Source: Octopus vulgaris (Eukaryota). From it: 64,000 nucleotides of DNA. Positions 1 to 11,734 of the stretch are shown here, in pieces. Under the pieces are notes generated by a model that made no database searches, had not been told where the DNA came from, and saw only the letters and a program-made list of their open reading frames with translations. The position numbers and the translations under genes were made by a program. The first letter of the stretch is position 1. Every line of letters starts with the position of its first letter. The stretch covers positions 8,618,001-8,682,000 of the forward strand of contig OX597823.1 of assembly GCA_951406725.2 (NCBI GenBank), written 5' to 3'.

Positions 1-72
1 ACACACATACGCACGCACGCACACACACACACATACACACACATATATATATATACATATATACATACATAT

Positions 73-119
<47 letters not shown>

Positions 120-285
120 TCCATATATATATATACATATACATACATACATTTATATATACATATGTATATATATATATATATACATATGTATATATAT
201 ACATATATATATACTTATACATATGAAAACATACATATATACGTTATGTATATGTATACATACATGCATGTACATATATATATAA

Positions 286-1965
286 TTCCCGGACATCGCG
301 GGCGGCCTGTATCTTGACGATTGTCTGTTTTACCTGCAAAACTCCACGAACAGAATCGTGCAGAAAACTAAAAATAGGTTAGCTAGGTTCCTTAATAGAA
401 TGGGCATGAATATAGTTGTTGATAATGAACTTACTAAGGCTAATTTCCTAGACGTCACACTAAACCTCCATAGCGATTCATACTGCCCTTACCATAAGCC
501 TTCCACTAATTTAAAGTATGTCAGTGTCTTCTCCAATCATGCCAAAACTATAACAGACAATTTGGTTAAAAATATCTCTCTAAGATTGTCTAATTTGTCC
601 GCTAGTGTCGACATTTTTATGCAGAAAGCGGAATTTTATAACGCCGCACTATCCAAAGCCGGTTATAGGCAGAAGGTAGTATATATTGATCCAGCCCTTC
701 TGATGCCACCATTCGGTCATCAGGATAGGGCCGTCTATAATAACATAAATAATTTAAGTAGTGATGGGAGCAGGGGGAGTGTTGGAGCAGGTACTTCTGG
801 ATTTAATTTAGGGAACATAGATAATTTACGGTCCGGGGGAGTTCATACTAAACCAAAACCTTTTATTCAACCTAGAAACACCCACCTTAATGTCAGAGCT
901 GGCTCCCCGACCCATCACAAAAATAGGAATAAACATATTTCGTTTGTAATTCCGTTTGGTAAGCAGATTAGAACTAATCGTCCCCTCCTGTTTCGCCAAG
1001 CCATTGCCAGTAACTTTCCCAGGAATTCCAAATATTACTCCACGGTTAACTCACATAAAGTTAGGATTGCTTTCTCCAACACAAAAAACCTTTCCCAGAT
1101 AATCGCCTCCCATAATAATAGGCTGCTTATTAAGACCCTATCACCATTGTCTGGAGGCGCAGCTCCGTCTAATTCCAGTTTAACGCGCAGTAGGAATAAT
1201 AATAGTAATAATGATAAAAGAGCCAGTACAGTGACTGGGAATCTCCGTACTAACCAGGGAGTAAATAATAGGATTAACGATAGAAGAAATGGTGATGATA
1301 ATAACGTTAGTAATGGTAATAGGGAGGTGAGCGCAGTTCGGGTCATTAATGTAGAGAGTCCTAATAGCAACTTTAGCAACGTTTCCGACAATAGTTGGTC
1401 CACGGATACTAGCAATCACAGCGTTCTCAGTGATAGGGAATACACGGGGGATAGTCCGTTAATTAGTATTGATAACGAGGAGTATAATGTAGTAGGCGGC
1501 CGCAGTTCTCACAGTCATTATAGTAATAAGAACGCAGTATTAATATCAGAAGCAAATCCCAATAGAATAAGGTTCTTGTCTAGTAACTCCAAGATCAGAA
1601 ATGCCATTTACCAATGCAATGTTTACACGGATTCGGATGTCTACTCGTATGTCGGAGCCTCATCGTCAAAATTGGCCTTGAGAATATCGAACCATTTCGC
1701 AACTTTTCGCGACGTTAATAAATACCAAGCTACAGGACTTAGCAAACTTATCTGGCGTTTGAAGAACGCGAATTCAGTTTTTAGGCCGGAATGGTCGGTT
1801 TTGTCGGTGGCCCTCCCGTTTGATAGAGGCAGAAGGATATGTAATCTTTGTAACTCTGAGCTTTTCCACATATTGTTCGCCAGAGGCCGTTTGGTAAACG
1901 GGCTTTTACAGACTGCTTTTCGATGTCCCCATTGGCGGCGTCATACGTTTCTTACATATAAATGA
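286..1965 (+). CDS. Penelope-like RT (C-terminal part) plus GIY-YIG endonuclease, 5'-truncated but uninterrupted
   Basis: The frame upstream of the ORF-track start reads [15 protein letters not shown] (YxDD). Then [47 protein letters not shown], the GIY-YIG-like AIYQC..YVGASS..RISNH, and C-terminal CNLCNSE..CPH. Confidence 0.88.
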   Translation, partial: FPDIAGGLYLDDCLFYLQNSTNRIVQKTKNRLARFLNRMGMNIVVDNELTKANFLDVTLNLHSDSYCPYHKPSTNLKYVSVFSNHAKTITDNLVKNISLRLSNLSASVDIFMQKAEFYNAALSKAGYRQKVVYIDPALLMPPFGHQDRAVYNNINNLSSDGSRGSVGAGTSGFNLGNIDNLRSGGVHTKPKPFIQPRNTHLNVRAGSPTHHKNRNKHISFVIPFGKQIRTNRPLLFRQAIASNFPRNSKYYSTVNSHKVRIAFSNTKNLSQIIASHNNRLLIKTLSPLSGGAAPSNSSLTRSRNNNSNNDKRASTVTGNLRTNQGVNNRINDRRNGDDNNVSNGNREVSAVRVINVESPNSNFSNVSDNSWSTDTSNHSVLSDREYTGDSPLISIDNEEYNVVGGRSSHSHYSNKNAVLISEANPNRIRFLSSNSKIRNAIYQCNVYTDSDVYSYVGASSSKLALRISNHFATFRDVNKYQATGLSKLIWRLKNANSVFRPEWSVLSVALPFDRGRRICNLCNSELFHILFARGRLVNGLLQTAFRCPHWRRHTFLTYK

Positions 1966-2573
1966 TACCTAAGACAATTAACACCTTGATACCCTATTAA
2001 ATTGAAAATAATTTTTGGAAATAATTTTAAAAAAAATTCTGAATAACTCTTGCAAGGGGAAACTATTCCCATTAGGCGATTGGTTGGCTTTTTAGAAGCA
2101 AGCGCTGGAATTATATACCCCCCTGATTCTTTGACGAGGATAATTTTTAGACAAGCAGGCCACAGACGGACACACGAACACAGAATTATATCAGCCGCCT
2201 GACTGGAGTTTTAGCAGTGCTCATTATCTAGCGCCCCTCGCCAACATACGGCGGCGCACACATAGGCTAGCATACACACACATGCTTTTAGGTAGGTATT
2301 GTCTCGCACCTAAAAAATACACCCTAATTTCTTAAAATATTCAGAACATTAACTTTGGTCACACATTACATCTCCACACCCCTTGTTCTCATTAATTCCT
2401 CACCTACTAGATTTGACCGCGGCCTGACCTTGATTTATTCCAACGGACCTTTTTGTCGGCCCCCACCATCCCCCTGGTTTCAACGTACATTGATAAACAT
2501 TTTACCCATGGGCTCTTAAGGAGCGTCCTCGTTCGAATTGCTTTGCTGCGCCTTTGTTTTGTTCTGACAACGT

Positions 2574-2681
2574 AATTCCTGGTTTTTCCTGAAGAGAAAG
2601 CTGCAATATGGTATCCTTATTTAATCAGAATTTGGAAAATTGTGGCCTTTGAAACATGTGTAGAATGTAATAAAAGGAATT
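2574..2681 (+). ncRNA. Type I hammerhead ribozyme in the pLTR
   Basis: ttc-CTGAAGA(2589-2595), stem II (aaagctgcaat/attgtggcctt), GAAA(2651)-C ATGT G-TA|gaa. Distal stem I aattcct/aggaatt. Predicted cleavage after GUA at 2662. Confidence 0.75.
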
Positions 2682-2878
2682 CTGTACAATCTTCGTTCAA
2701 CTCCATTTCTTCCTTTCACTAATTATATTAAACTTCAATTATCCGCGCCAACGCACGGTTGCAACACCATATGGTCATATCTCCAACCGTGTTTTTTCTG
2801 CTGTGATTTTTGCTACCCAGGTATCGGTTAAACTTTTGAGTAATCCGTAACAAGATAATTCATCTTTCCATTTCAACA

Positions 2879-2940
<62 letters not shown>

Positions 2941-2969
2941 GATATATACATATATATATACATATATAA

Positions 2970-3216
2970 GAATTTTTTGCGTAATGAGATTAAAAAAGCA
3001 AGGCTGTATAGATATTAGAGCATTTAGGTAGCTCTTACAGCTGTTTCTATAATATTAATTAATAATATCCTTTCATCGAAGACGGCGTGAGAGAAAAAAA
3101 TTAAGCCACACTTAGTTTTCATGCGATATTCTAGAAACAGCTGTAACACCTTCTATCTATAAATGCTCTAATATCTATAAAGTCGTGGTTTTTTTTCCCA
3201 TTACGCCAAAAAATTC
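2970..3216. mobile_element. Inverted pair of Penelope pLTR-like fragments with degenerate hammerhead motifs
   Basis: 2970-3057 is the approximate reverse complement of 3126-3216. Both arms carry GAAAC AGCT GTA. The minus arm has a decayed core (CGATGA-aggatatt..aatatt-GAAAC). Confidence 0.6.
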
Positions 3217-4072
3217 ATATATACACACGCTGACATAGAAACAAAGTAGAACCCTTTATTCGCAATATTACCAAATCGGGAACTTAACTATGGTCTGTCT
3301 ATAGCACTTATTCAGTATTACTTGACGCATTTGGGTCTCATTGACACCATTATCTAATTTCTAAACATTTCTCACAACTTCCAGACCGTTTCCGAATAAC
3401 GTATAAAGAAGATAATTCCAGATCTTACGTCTCTTCTGTCTAAAACAAATGAAGCAAAGAAACGAGAGACTGTGCATGTTGTGAAGGAGTAGGAAGGTTT
3501 CGTTCTTTATGTGTTTCAGTAAAGAAGACAACCTTTTTCATAGCTTTCTCATATTGCTGGATATTTGCCTCTCTGTTTTATGTTTAAGATGGGTGCAGAG
3601 CATTTGTTGAAATGAAAACTCACACTTCTTTTTATATACTGACGATATAGTGCATTTGTATAACAATTTTAATATGCCAACTCTTTGAAATATTATTAGC
3701 TTTCGTTTTCCTTATTCAGTTACATCATAATTCTAAAAGACTCACTTGAATTATTCCCTTAGTGCCAGAGATGAAATGAAAACATGTGTTGAAAGGCTCC
3801 ATTTTATACGTATCACCCGAACGACTTTTTACAAACACATATGGTTAAGCGTTTGCTCGACAGCTTGTTATTTGAAATATATTCAAATATCAGATAATTT
3901 GAAGGGAAACAGGGTCAGGTAACCAAATGGAATTAGGAATTTGAAGATCAGAATATTGGCCATCTAAAGTATTTCATCTGTAAAGTATTTATGAATCCTC
4001 TCCATTTAGGCTTTGAGTTCCGTACTTCAGCATTTCTTGGTGGATGAACGAAATTAAAATATGTAGGAATGC

Positions 4073-4076
<4 letters not shown>

Positions 4077-4121
<45 letters not shown>

Positions 4122-4189
4122 GTGTGTGTATGCATGAATATATTGCATGAATATACATATGTACACTAGTACAGAGAGACACACACAGA

Positions 4190-4252
<63 letters not shown>

Positions 4253-4725
4253 AAACACACACAAACACACACAAACACACACAAGCACACACACGCACAC
4301 GTTTTATGAGAAATATTTACACATGCATAGATACATGCATAACTATCTTGATATACGTATACAAGTAGATTTAACACACACGCGCGTATGACTGTGCATT
4401 TTGGCTCACAAACTAGAGAAGTAGTGAATGCTTATTGTAGCATACAGTTACTTTACGCACTTGGTACACCCTGTGTTCATATTCGTTGTTTCAGCTTTTG
4501 TACGTTTAACCAATATTGCGGCATCTATGTATGTATGTATGTATGTATGTATGTATGTATGTATGTATGTATGCATGTATGCATGTATGTATGTATGTAT
4601 GTATGTATGTATGTATGTATGTATGCATGTATGTATGTATGTATGTATGTATGTATGTATGCATGCATGTATGCATGCATGTATGTATGTATGTATGTAT
4701 GTATGTATGTATGTATGTATGTATG

Positions 4726-4760
<35 letters not shown>

Positions 4761-4809
4761 ATATCTATCTGTCTGTCTGTCTGTCTATCTATCTGTCAGT
4801 CTATCTACA

Positions 4810-4840
<31 letters not shown>
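4077..4840. repeat. Compound microsatellites (TA)n, (CA)n, (TATG)n, (TATC)n
   Basis: Directly visible. They explain the YIYI, HTHT and MYVC ORFs. Confidence 0.97.
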
Positions 4841-6169
4841 ATCACAATAAAAGAAAGAATGCTTGATTGTTGGATGTGATTCATATAATCTTCTGTCACA
4901 TATATAGAAAAATAAATAAACGATGGCTAGAGTTGAAGACAACATATACTGCTGTAAAGTAGAATATTATAGGGTAAACACCGGGCTCCGTGAAAACAGT
5001 CTATAAAGGCAACAATTAGTTAATAAAATTATTTTAGAGTGTCTAGTAAGCTCACTCGTCGGGAAAATTGTGTAGAATCTAACGTTTCGGACACTCGTTC
5101 TTCGCCTGCAATTGAAGAAGAGAGAAACTTATGTTGTGACGTGATCTGGAAGAAAGTTGATAGCATATTAAATATCGTATGACATATTTATGTGTATAGT
5201 CTGGGAAATTATCAATGATTATACTATATTATGTTATAATCGTATATATCCCATATAATGATAACTTATAAATTGAAATGTAGTATGCCATATCCACATG
5301 CAGAACTATAAGTATTATCACAACCTACATTTTTAAGGATATCTAAGAATTATGCCACACCACTGTGGGATATTAAGTAATTTCTTGTATATGGCTCTAT
5401 CGCATGCAACAATATACATGTATGACCTATTTAAAGATCTCTGAGATTACTAAGGGATATAAAAATGTATCTCTAGATAGCAATTGTGTATCTTGTAAAC
5501 GCATCTCATATCGTAGCGTAGCATGATGCAAAACAGTAGTTTGCAATGCGAATTTCAATGACTATGAGTACGCGCTCTATCATGTGTACAACTCTTATAG
5601 AATACAATATGCTGATACATAATTGGTGACGAATATTCCACCTATATACGTGTGTTATTAGCAATACACACCTGTATAAATATCTTCCGCTTGAAGTCAG
5701 TTTTTATGCTTTCAACACTTCATTCGCTAAGGAAACAGAACGTGAGTCGAGTGAAGGCTTAATAGCATTAGAATATCCTGAACAGTGCTAACTATAATTT
5801 CAAACTAGACATAATTGTTATTACTTAGTCATACCATCTTTTCCTTCTTGCTAATACGGAAACTGAAGCTGATTTTGTACTGATGGCAGTGAGAGAAGGT
5901 AAAGGAAAGAAGGAGTGAAAGAGTTTTAAAATAAAGTCAAGGGGGAATGGAAGAGAAGTAAAGTGGCAAGAAGGAATGTAAAATTTAAAGAAAAGGAGGA
6001 AGAGAAATATTGAGACAGAGTTAAAGAAATGGATAGAAAGAGGTATAAACGATGATAATATGGAAGTGGACATTGATAAATAGTAACAGAGAAATTCAGA
6101 GAAAGACGAACGAAAGTGCAGTTGGATTATATTAAGATGTATAGAGGAAGATGGTGAAGCAGATAGACA

Positions 6170-6253
<84 letters not shown>

Positions 6254-6273
6254 GTATATATGTGTATATATAT

Positions 6274-6485
6274 CTCTTTTACTCTTTTACTCTTTTACTT
6301 GTTTCAGTCATTTGACTGCGGCCATGCTGGAGCACCGCCTTTAATCGAGCAACTCGACCCTGGGACTTATTCTTTTGTAAGCCCAGTACTTATTCTATCG
6401 GTCTCTTTTGCCGAACCGCTATGTAACGGGGACATAAACACACCAGCAATGCTAGGGGGACAAACACAGACACACAAACACACAC

Positions 6486-6578
<93 letters not shown>

Positions 6579-6743
6579 TACGACAGGCTTCTTTCAGTTT
6601 CCGTCTACCAAATCCACTCACAAGACTTTGGTCGGCCGGAGGCTATAGTAGAAGACATTTGCCCAAGGTGCCACGCAGTGGGACTGAACCCGGAACCATG
6701 TGGCTGGTAAACAAGCTACTTACTACACAGCCACTCCTGCGCC
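6274..6743 (-). mobile_element. tRNA-derived SINE family A (internal TA/CA microsatellite, (AGTAAAAG)-type tail)
   Basis: Head ggcgcaggagtggctgtgt..ccgggttcagtccc (A/B boxes), CORE-like cttgggcaa.tgtctt, tail ggcggtgctccagcatggccgcagtcaaatgactgaaac. About 10 copies in the window. Confidence 0.9.
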
Positions 6744-7107
6744 TATATATAAATATATATATATATATATTTATATATAAAGAGCGAGAGAGAGAAAGAT
6801 AAAGATACAAAAAGCGACACCCAAAGGGAAAGCTATATATATGTATATATATATAAGAAATTTACTCTACATAGTTTTGGTATAATTTTTAATATATCTT
6901 ATATTGTATTTGTCGATCGGTTTCGCTTTCGCTAATAATGACATTAAAATTTATTTAAATACGTATTTTCTTAAGAAAAATATTTTGTCCATGTTGTGTG
7001 GAGTTAATGTATTAATGATACAACATGTAGAAAATCCCAAGGGGGTGTAATTGATTATCGTTATTACTGTGGACAGAGGAGATAATTGTTCATCTTTCGA
7101 TGGGGGT

Positions 7108-7152
<45 letters not shown>

Positions 7153-7239
7153 ATAAAAAAAGTAGAGTAGTGGGGGAGAAATATTTACAGTGATGGATAT
7201 GTATTCGTGAATTTAAAACATTATAGAGATCAAAGTTGG

Positions 7240-7480
7240 TTATACTTGCGTATTTAGACGTGTTCTGTATTTGTCAATGAATAAATGTTCTTTATTTATA
7301 CGTTCTTGTATAAAGATTGTATCTTTGCACTGATAGAAAACTGTAAAATTTGGTTTGATGTTACCTGCACATCTCTCTATGTGTTCACTTAAAGGAATCT
7401 GTCTGTATTGCGGGAACCGGATCTGCTCTTTATGTAGAGTGGTTCTCTGTCTCACTGTCATACTCGTCTGTCGTATCTGT
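7240..7480 (-). pseudogene. Penelope-like GIY-YIG endonuclease C-terminal fragment (second PLE lineage)
   Basis: QTSMTVRQRTTLHKEQIRFPQYRQIPLSEHIERC..ERINKEHLFIDKYRTRLN matches the PLE EN pattern GQT..R..H..H..R..E..I..LN. Confidence 0.7.
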
Positions 7481-8087
7481 TGGATTATGAAAGATAGCAT
7501 AGAGTAAATGGATAGAGTGAAAGTGCAAAAGTGAGAGAGATTAGGAATGAAAGAGAAAGTAAGTATGGAAAAATTCGAGAAGGGGCAGCTTTCTTGAGAG
7601 ATATGAAAATATTACTGGGAGAAAATGGGAATGTGGCTTGAGAGTAAGAATGAAGTAAGAATGTTAGAACAGATATCAGCGAGAATTTGAAAAAGAGGAC
7701 AGAGAGTGGCGTGAGAGAAAGGTAAAATAAGTTTTAAAATAATAATGGGCTTAAAAGATCCCAGACCAGAGATGACGGAGTGAGGAGGTAGAATCAGATA
7801 GATGAAATAAGATACGAAAATATATACAGAATAAGAGAGTGAATGAATAACTAGAGAGGCGGATGGAGGCTTCGACATAGAAATGTAATGATAAAATAGA
7901 AATTTAGAAAGCGAGAGTTGATGAAATAATAAAAGCTAAGGGAAATGAAAAACATGAAAGAAAAATGCGAATAAAATTATAACTACTCAGAGGAGATAAG
8001 AAGAAAATGTTGGGGTATACTGTTGGCGGAGGAGCTGAAAGACTGTAAGGGTAACAGTTTGTGTTAGAGTAAAGTACGACTACAACA

Positions 8088-8134
<47 letters not shown>

Positions 8135-8135
<1 letters not shown>

Positions 8136-8352
8136 TCTTTACTCTTTTACTCTTTTACTTGTTTCAGTCATTTGACTGCGGCCATGCTGGAGCACCGCCT
8201 TTTTAGTCGAGCAAATCGACCCCGGGACTTATTCTTTGTAAGCCGGGTACTTATTCTATCGGTCTCTGTTGCTGAACCGCTAAGTGACGGAGACGTAAAC
8301 ACACCAGCATCGGTTGTCAAGCAATGCTAGGGGGACAAACACAGACACACAA

Positions 8353-8393
<41 letters not shown>

Positions 8394-8562
8394 CATATAT
8401 ACGACAGGCTTCTTTCAGTTTCTGTCTACCAAATCCACTCACAAGGCATTGGTCGGCCCGGGGCTATAGCAGAAGGCACTTGCCCAAGATGCCACGCAGT
8501 GGGACTGAACCCGGAACCATGTGGTTGGTTAGCAAGCTACTTACCACACATCCACTCCTGCG

Positions 8563-8564
<2 letters not shown>
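8135..8564 (-). mobile_element. SINE family A, full length
   Basis: Near-identical to 6274-6743 and flanked by (TA)n on both sides. Confidence 0.9.
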
Positions 8565-8603
<39 letters not shown>

Positions 8604-8609
<6 letters not shown>

Positions 8610-8750
8610 CAGAATGAGATAACAAGGCCAAAGATGTGAGGGGTTTTCGGGTAATTTATAATGAAATAGTTTTACAACTGTTTCTGGGATATTATGGATA
8701 TCCCTTCATTAGAGACGTTGTGAGAAGGTATTTAAGTTCGAATTATTGTG
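8604..8750 (-). mobile_element. pLTR-like fragment with decayed hammerhead, similar to 2970-3216
   Basis: Minus strand reads ctCTAATGA-agggatat ccata atatccca-GAAAC AGTT GTA (8668-8716). Adjacent to (TA)n. Confidence 0.6.
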
Positions 8751-8848
8751 GAAAAGGAGGAGATGGGGAATATAGAGGGAAATAAGAGAATGAAAGTAGA
8801 AATAAGATATATAAAGATATATGAAGTTATATATATATATATATATAT

Positions 8849-9076
8849 AGGCGCAGTGGCGCAATGGCCTAGTGGTTAGGGCAGCGGACTCGCGGTCGCA
8901 GGATCGCGGTTTCGATTCTCAGACTGGGCGTTGTGTGTGTTTATTGAGCGAAAACACCTAAAAAGCTCTACGAGGCTCCGGCAGGGGGTGGTGATCCCTG
9001 CTGTACTCTTTCACCACAATGGCGGTGCCCCAGCATGGCCACAGCTCAAGAGCTGAAACTGGAAAAACAAACAAAA
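8849..9076 (+). mobile_element. tRNA-derived SINE family B with CR1-type tail
   Basis: Head tggcctagtggttagggcagcggactcgcgg..ggtttcgattc. Tail ggcggtgccccagcatggccacagctcaagagctgaaac. Confidence 0.85.
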
Positions 9077-9338
9077 CATATATATATATATATATATATA
9101 TGAGCATGTTTGTTTCCAAGGTAATGAGAGTTTCAGAGATAAAATGGAGTTTGTAAGCGGAAAGTTTTGATTGCAGATTCACAAACTAGGCACGGTAAAA
9201 GGCTATGCTGATGTCTTCTGTGAAAAACTTATTTTAACCGAATTTTCCTTAGGCTAGAGTCTGTTTGCGAGTAACATAAGCGTAGGATTATAGTAAATAT
9301 GGCTCTACAAAGCCGTAATGGTAGTTTTTAAAAAAGCA

Positions 9339-9404
<66 letters not shown>

Positions 9405-9857
9405 GAGAGAAAGTGATAGAAAGAGAGAGAAAAAAATGGAATGATGGTATTTGTGAAAGTAATTGTTAACGGCCATCTTTCTTGCATGTGAAATAGTGGA
9501 TGCTAGCGCAACAGAGATATAGTTGGCAACTTAGGTAAAAAAATCTATTTTCGGTCAGGAGTGAGATTGCTAGCGATTAAAAGAGTATATAGAAATGAGA
9601 TGCAGTTAAAAGAAGATCGTTCTGATTTGCATAAGAGGTCATACGATAAAAAACTGGATTAAATAATTCCTAGTTCATGGTGCAATGTTTTGGATCATTT
9701 CAAATATAATACGAGGCAAATATATAAAAAAAAATTAATATTTAGTTTTAGTCACGCTGAGAGAAGTAAAACACACAAACACCGACACACACACACACAC
9801 ACAGACACACGCACGCCTATGTTTCTGTAGGTGTATGTATGTATGTATGTATGTATG

Positions 9858-9899
<42 letters not shown>

Positions 9900-9916
9900 C
9901 ATATGCATATACATAT

Positions 9917-9969
<53 letters not shown>

Positions 9970-9982
<13 letters not shown>

Positions 9983-11543
9983 TAAATCCAGTTCTGTGTG
10001 TGTATGTATATGTGTAAAAGATTATGTAAAAGATTATATAGTTTTCAACTAATTTTCTCCAAACTGGAAACATGCATTACTTATGTTTCACAGATGGTTT
10101 TAAACTCTTAAAATGTTTCACATAATGAGTAACGTGACCCTGAGAGCAGAAAACATCCGTTTTTGGGTTACGTGGAGAACAGAGGTAACACTTTGCGAAG
10201 TAGCTTTTAGAAATTGATTGTTTCCCTTACATTACATCCACTGGTCAAAAACTTATCACAATCTCAATCGGCCCCAAAAACCCATTGAAATAAAAGTAAT
10301 AAACAGCTGCTGCAGTACCTCCCTGGAAGTCCCCACACCTATAAGTCAGTTGATACAATCCCAGATCCAGAAGAGGTGGTAAATTATCCGACAGAATTTC
10401 TCAATTCATTGGAGCCTCCAGGGCTACCTCCCCACGGATTAGAACTGAAAGTGGGAACTCAAGTAATGTTATTGAGGGAGTTTGGATCCACCAACACTCT
10501 GTAGTGGAACATGTCTGGTTGTAAAGATGACACCAGATGTTATTGAGGCAACCATTCTCTCAGAATGTGGAAAAGGAGAGAATGTTTTCATACCCAGAAT
10601 TCCTCTCATTCCATTGGGAGCTGAAATTCCCTTTTCATTCAGAAGAGTATCAGGTTTGCAATGTCTGTCAATAAATCCTAATTTCAAACACTCTCTGCGG
10701 TAGAACATCGCTTGGAAGAGTTCTGTTGCTCACACGAGCGATTAAATGTTGGCTGCTCTGGAGTGGGAGTGGGAAACAAACAACAATATCGATTTGCATT
10801 TGTTCTACAAGGGAAAACAAAGTATATTGTTTACCAAGAGGTTTTGTAGGTATTACTACATCCTATGATGCGATACAGTATCCACTGCTCCTTGTGAATG
10901 GTAAAGATGGCTACCATTCCGGCATAATGCCTATCAAACCCGAAGCAGTTTCCTACATAGACTTCAATATCAAAGCATATTCTCCAATTACACCCAACAA
11001 ACACGCGGTAAGCCATTACACCTTATTTTCTTCAAGTAATCCCTTATTACATGTTCTCAACTGACTGCAAAGGCTCTGTTTGTGTTTCTTATTCTACACC
11101 CAAATCAGCAATCCAATGTCAGCCATTTGCCTTCTGCAACATTTCAACAATTCGCTTTCCCGTTGCCGTCTACCATTGCAGGCCCCTTTCCGGAGTGTAC
11201 CTATTTACGTACAATATCTCCATTTCACCTACATTCATTCGACTGTCAACCATACAATGGGTCATGTTAGATGGAGCGCCGACCGCCGCAAAGGAGTGTA
11301 TATCTGCTGACAGCTTTTCAGTGCGTTCAAAAATCACATACACCCCACCCACAATGACAGGTTAGGGCCTGGATCCTCCAAACGGACGCATTACATGTCT
11401 CTTAGACGAATTAGACCATCATTTACTCCATCAACGTTTTGTCGCCAATGCTGCACTTTCCGTATCACATGTCTCAACATAACTGTAATATATATACAAA
11501 CAATGTCATTTTAATCCCGAACAATGCCGGATATCTCTGCTAG
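9970..11543 (+). mobile_element. Internally deleted Helitron
   Basis: PIF1 helicase remnant at ~10340-10830 (YPTEFLNSLEPPGLPPHGLELKVGTQVMLLR..VIEATIL..VFIPRIPLIP). Rep-region remnant SYDAIQYPLLLVNGKDGYH at ~10860-10920. 3' hairpin cccgaacaatgccgg followed by CTAG|T at 11540-11544. The 5' end is approximate. Confidence 0.82.
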
Positions 11544-11673
11544 TATATATATATATATATATATATATAGTTTTATTTTTAGATATAAATGATGTACTTA
11601 AATGTAGTTGTGTCTTTAGCTTCTGCTTTATCCATGATCACGTGTGAATATTTTATTTATATTCCCTCGTAAG

Positions 11674-11734
11674 CTCTACTGAAGAAGAATGTATCATTTA
11701 TAGGGATTAATTCCGAAATTGATTCAATATAGAG
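11674..11734 (+). ncRNA. Type I hammerhead ribozyme in a ~300 bp TA-flanked element (~11570-11870)
   Basis: ctcta-CTGAAGA-agaat..attcc-GAAA-ttg att caa-TA|tagag. Stem I is 5 bp, stem III is 3 bp, and the cleavage triplet is AUA. Confidence 0.65.

Larger units (their letters stand above)
286..2880 (+). mobile_element. 5'-truncated Penelope-like retroelement (Naiad-type) with 3' pLTR, inserted between TA-rich microsatellites
   Basis: RT-EN ORF starts abruptly after the TA tract (TAA at 283-285). It is followed by a ~900 bp 3' region containing a hammerhead motif and AATAAA, and ends at (TA)n near 2881. Confidence 0.88.

Noticed and set aside
1035-1415. Leu-rich hydrophobic antisense ORF
   Set aside because: It is the antisense shadow of the Asn/Ser-rich (AAT/AGT) linker of the Penelope ORF.
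1963-2045. Selenocysteine readthrough or SECIS in the Naiad-type element
   Set aside because: There is no internal UGA, the terminal UGA follows the expected C-terminal motif, and I could not identify a SECIS by eye. A SECIS search would be needed to exclude it.
3948-4879. YIYI, VCVC, HTHT and MYVC ORFs here and throughout the window
   Set aside because: These are stop-free translations of microsatellites.
6905-6945. Further hammerhead remnants (minus-strand gcgaaagc-GAAAC-cgatcg; also ~5080-5110 and ~58225-58275)
   Set aside because: The CUGANGA half is too decayed to support a call.
9201-9231. ~30-bp match to 14369-14399 as a possible TSD
   Set aside because: Too long and too distant for a TSD. 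More likely two fragments of one dispersed repeat.
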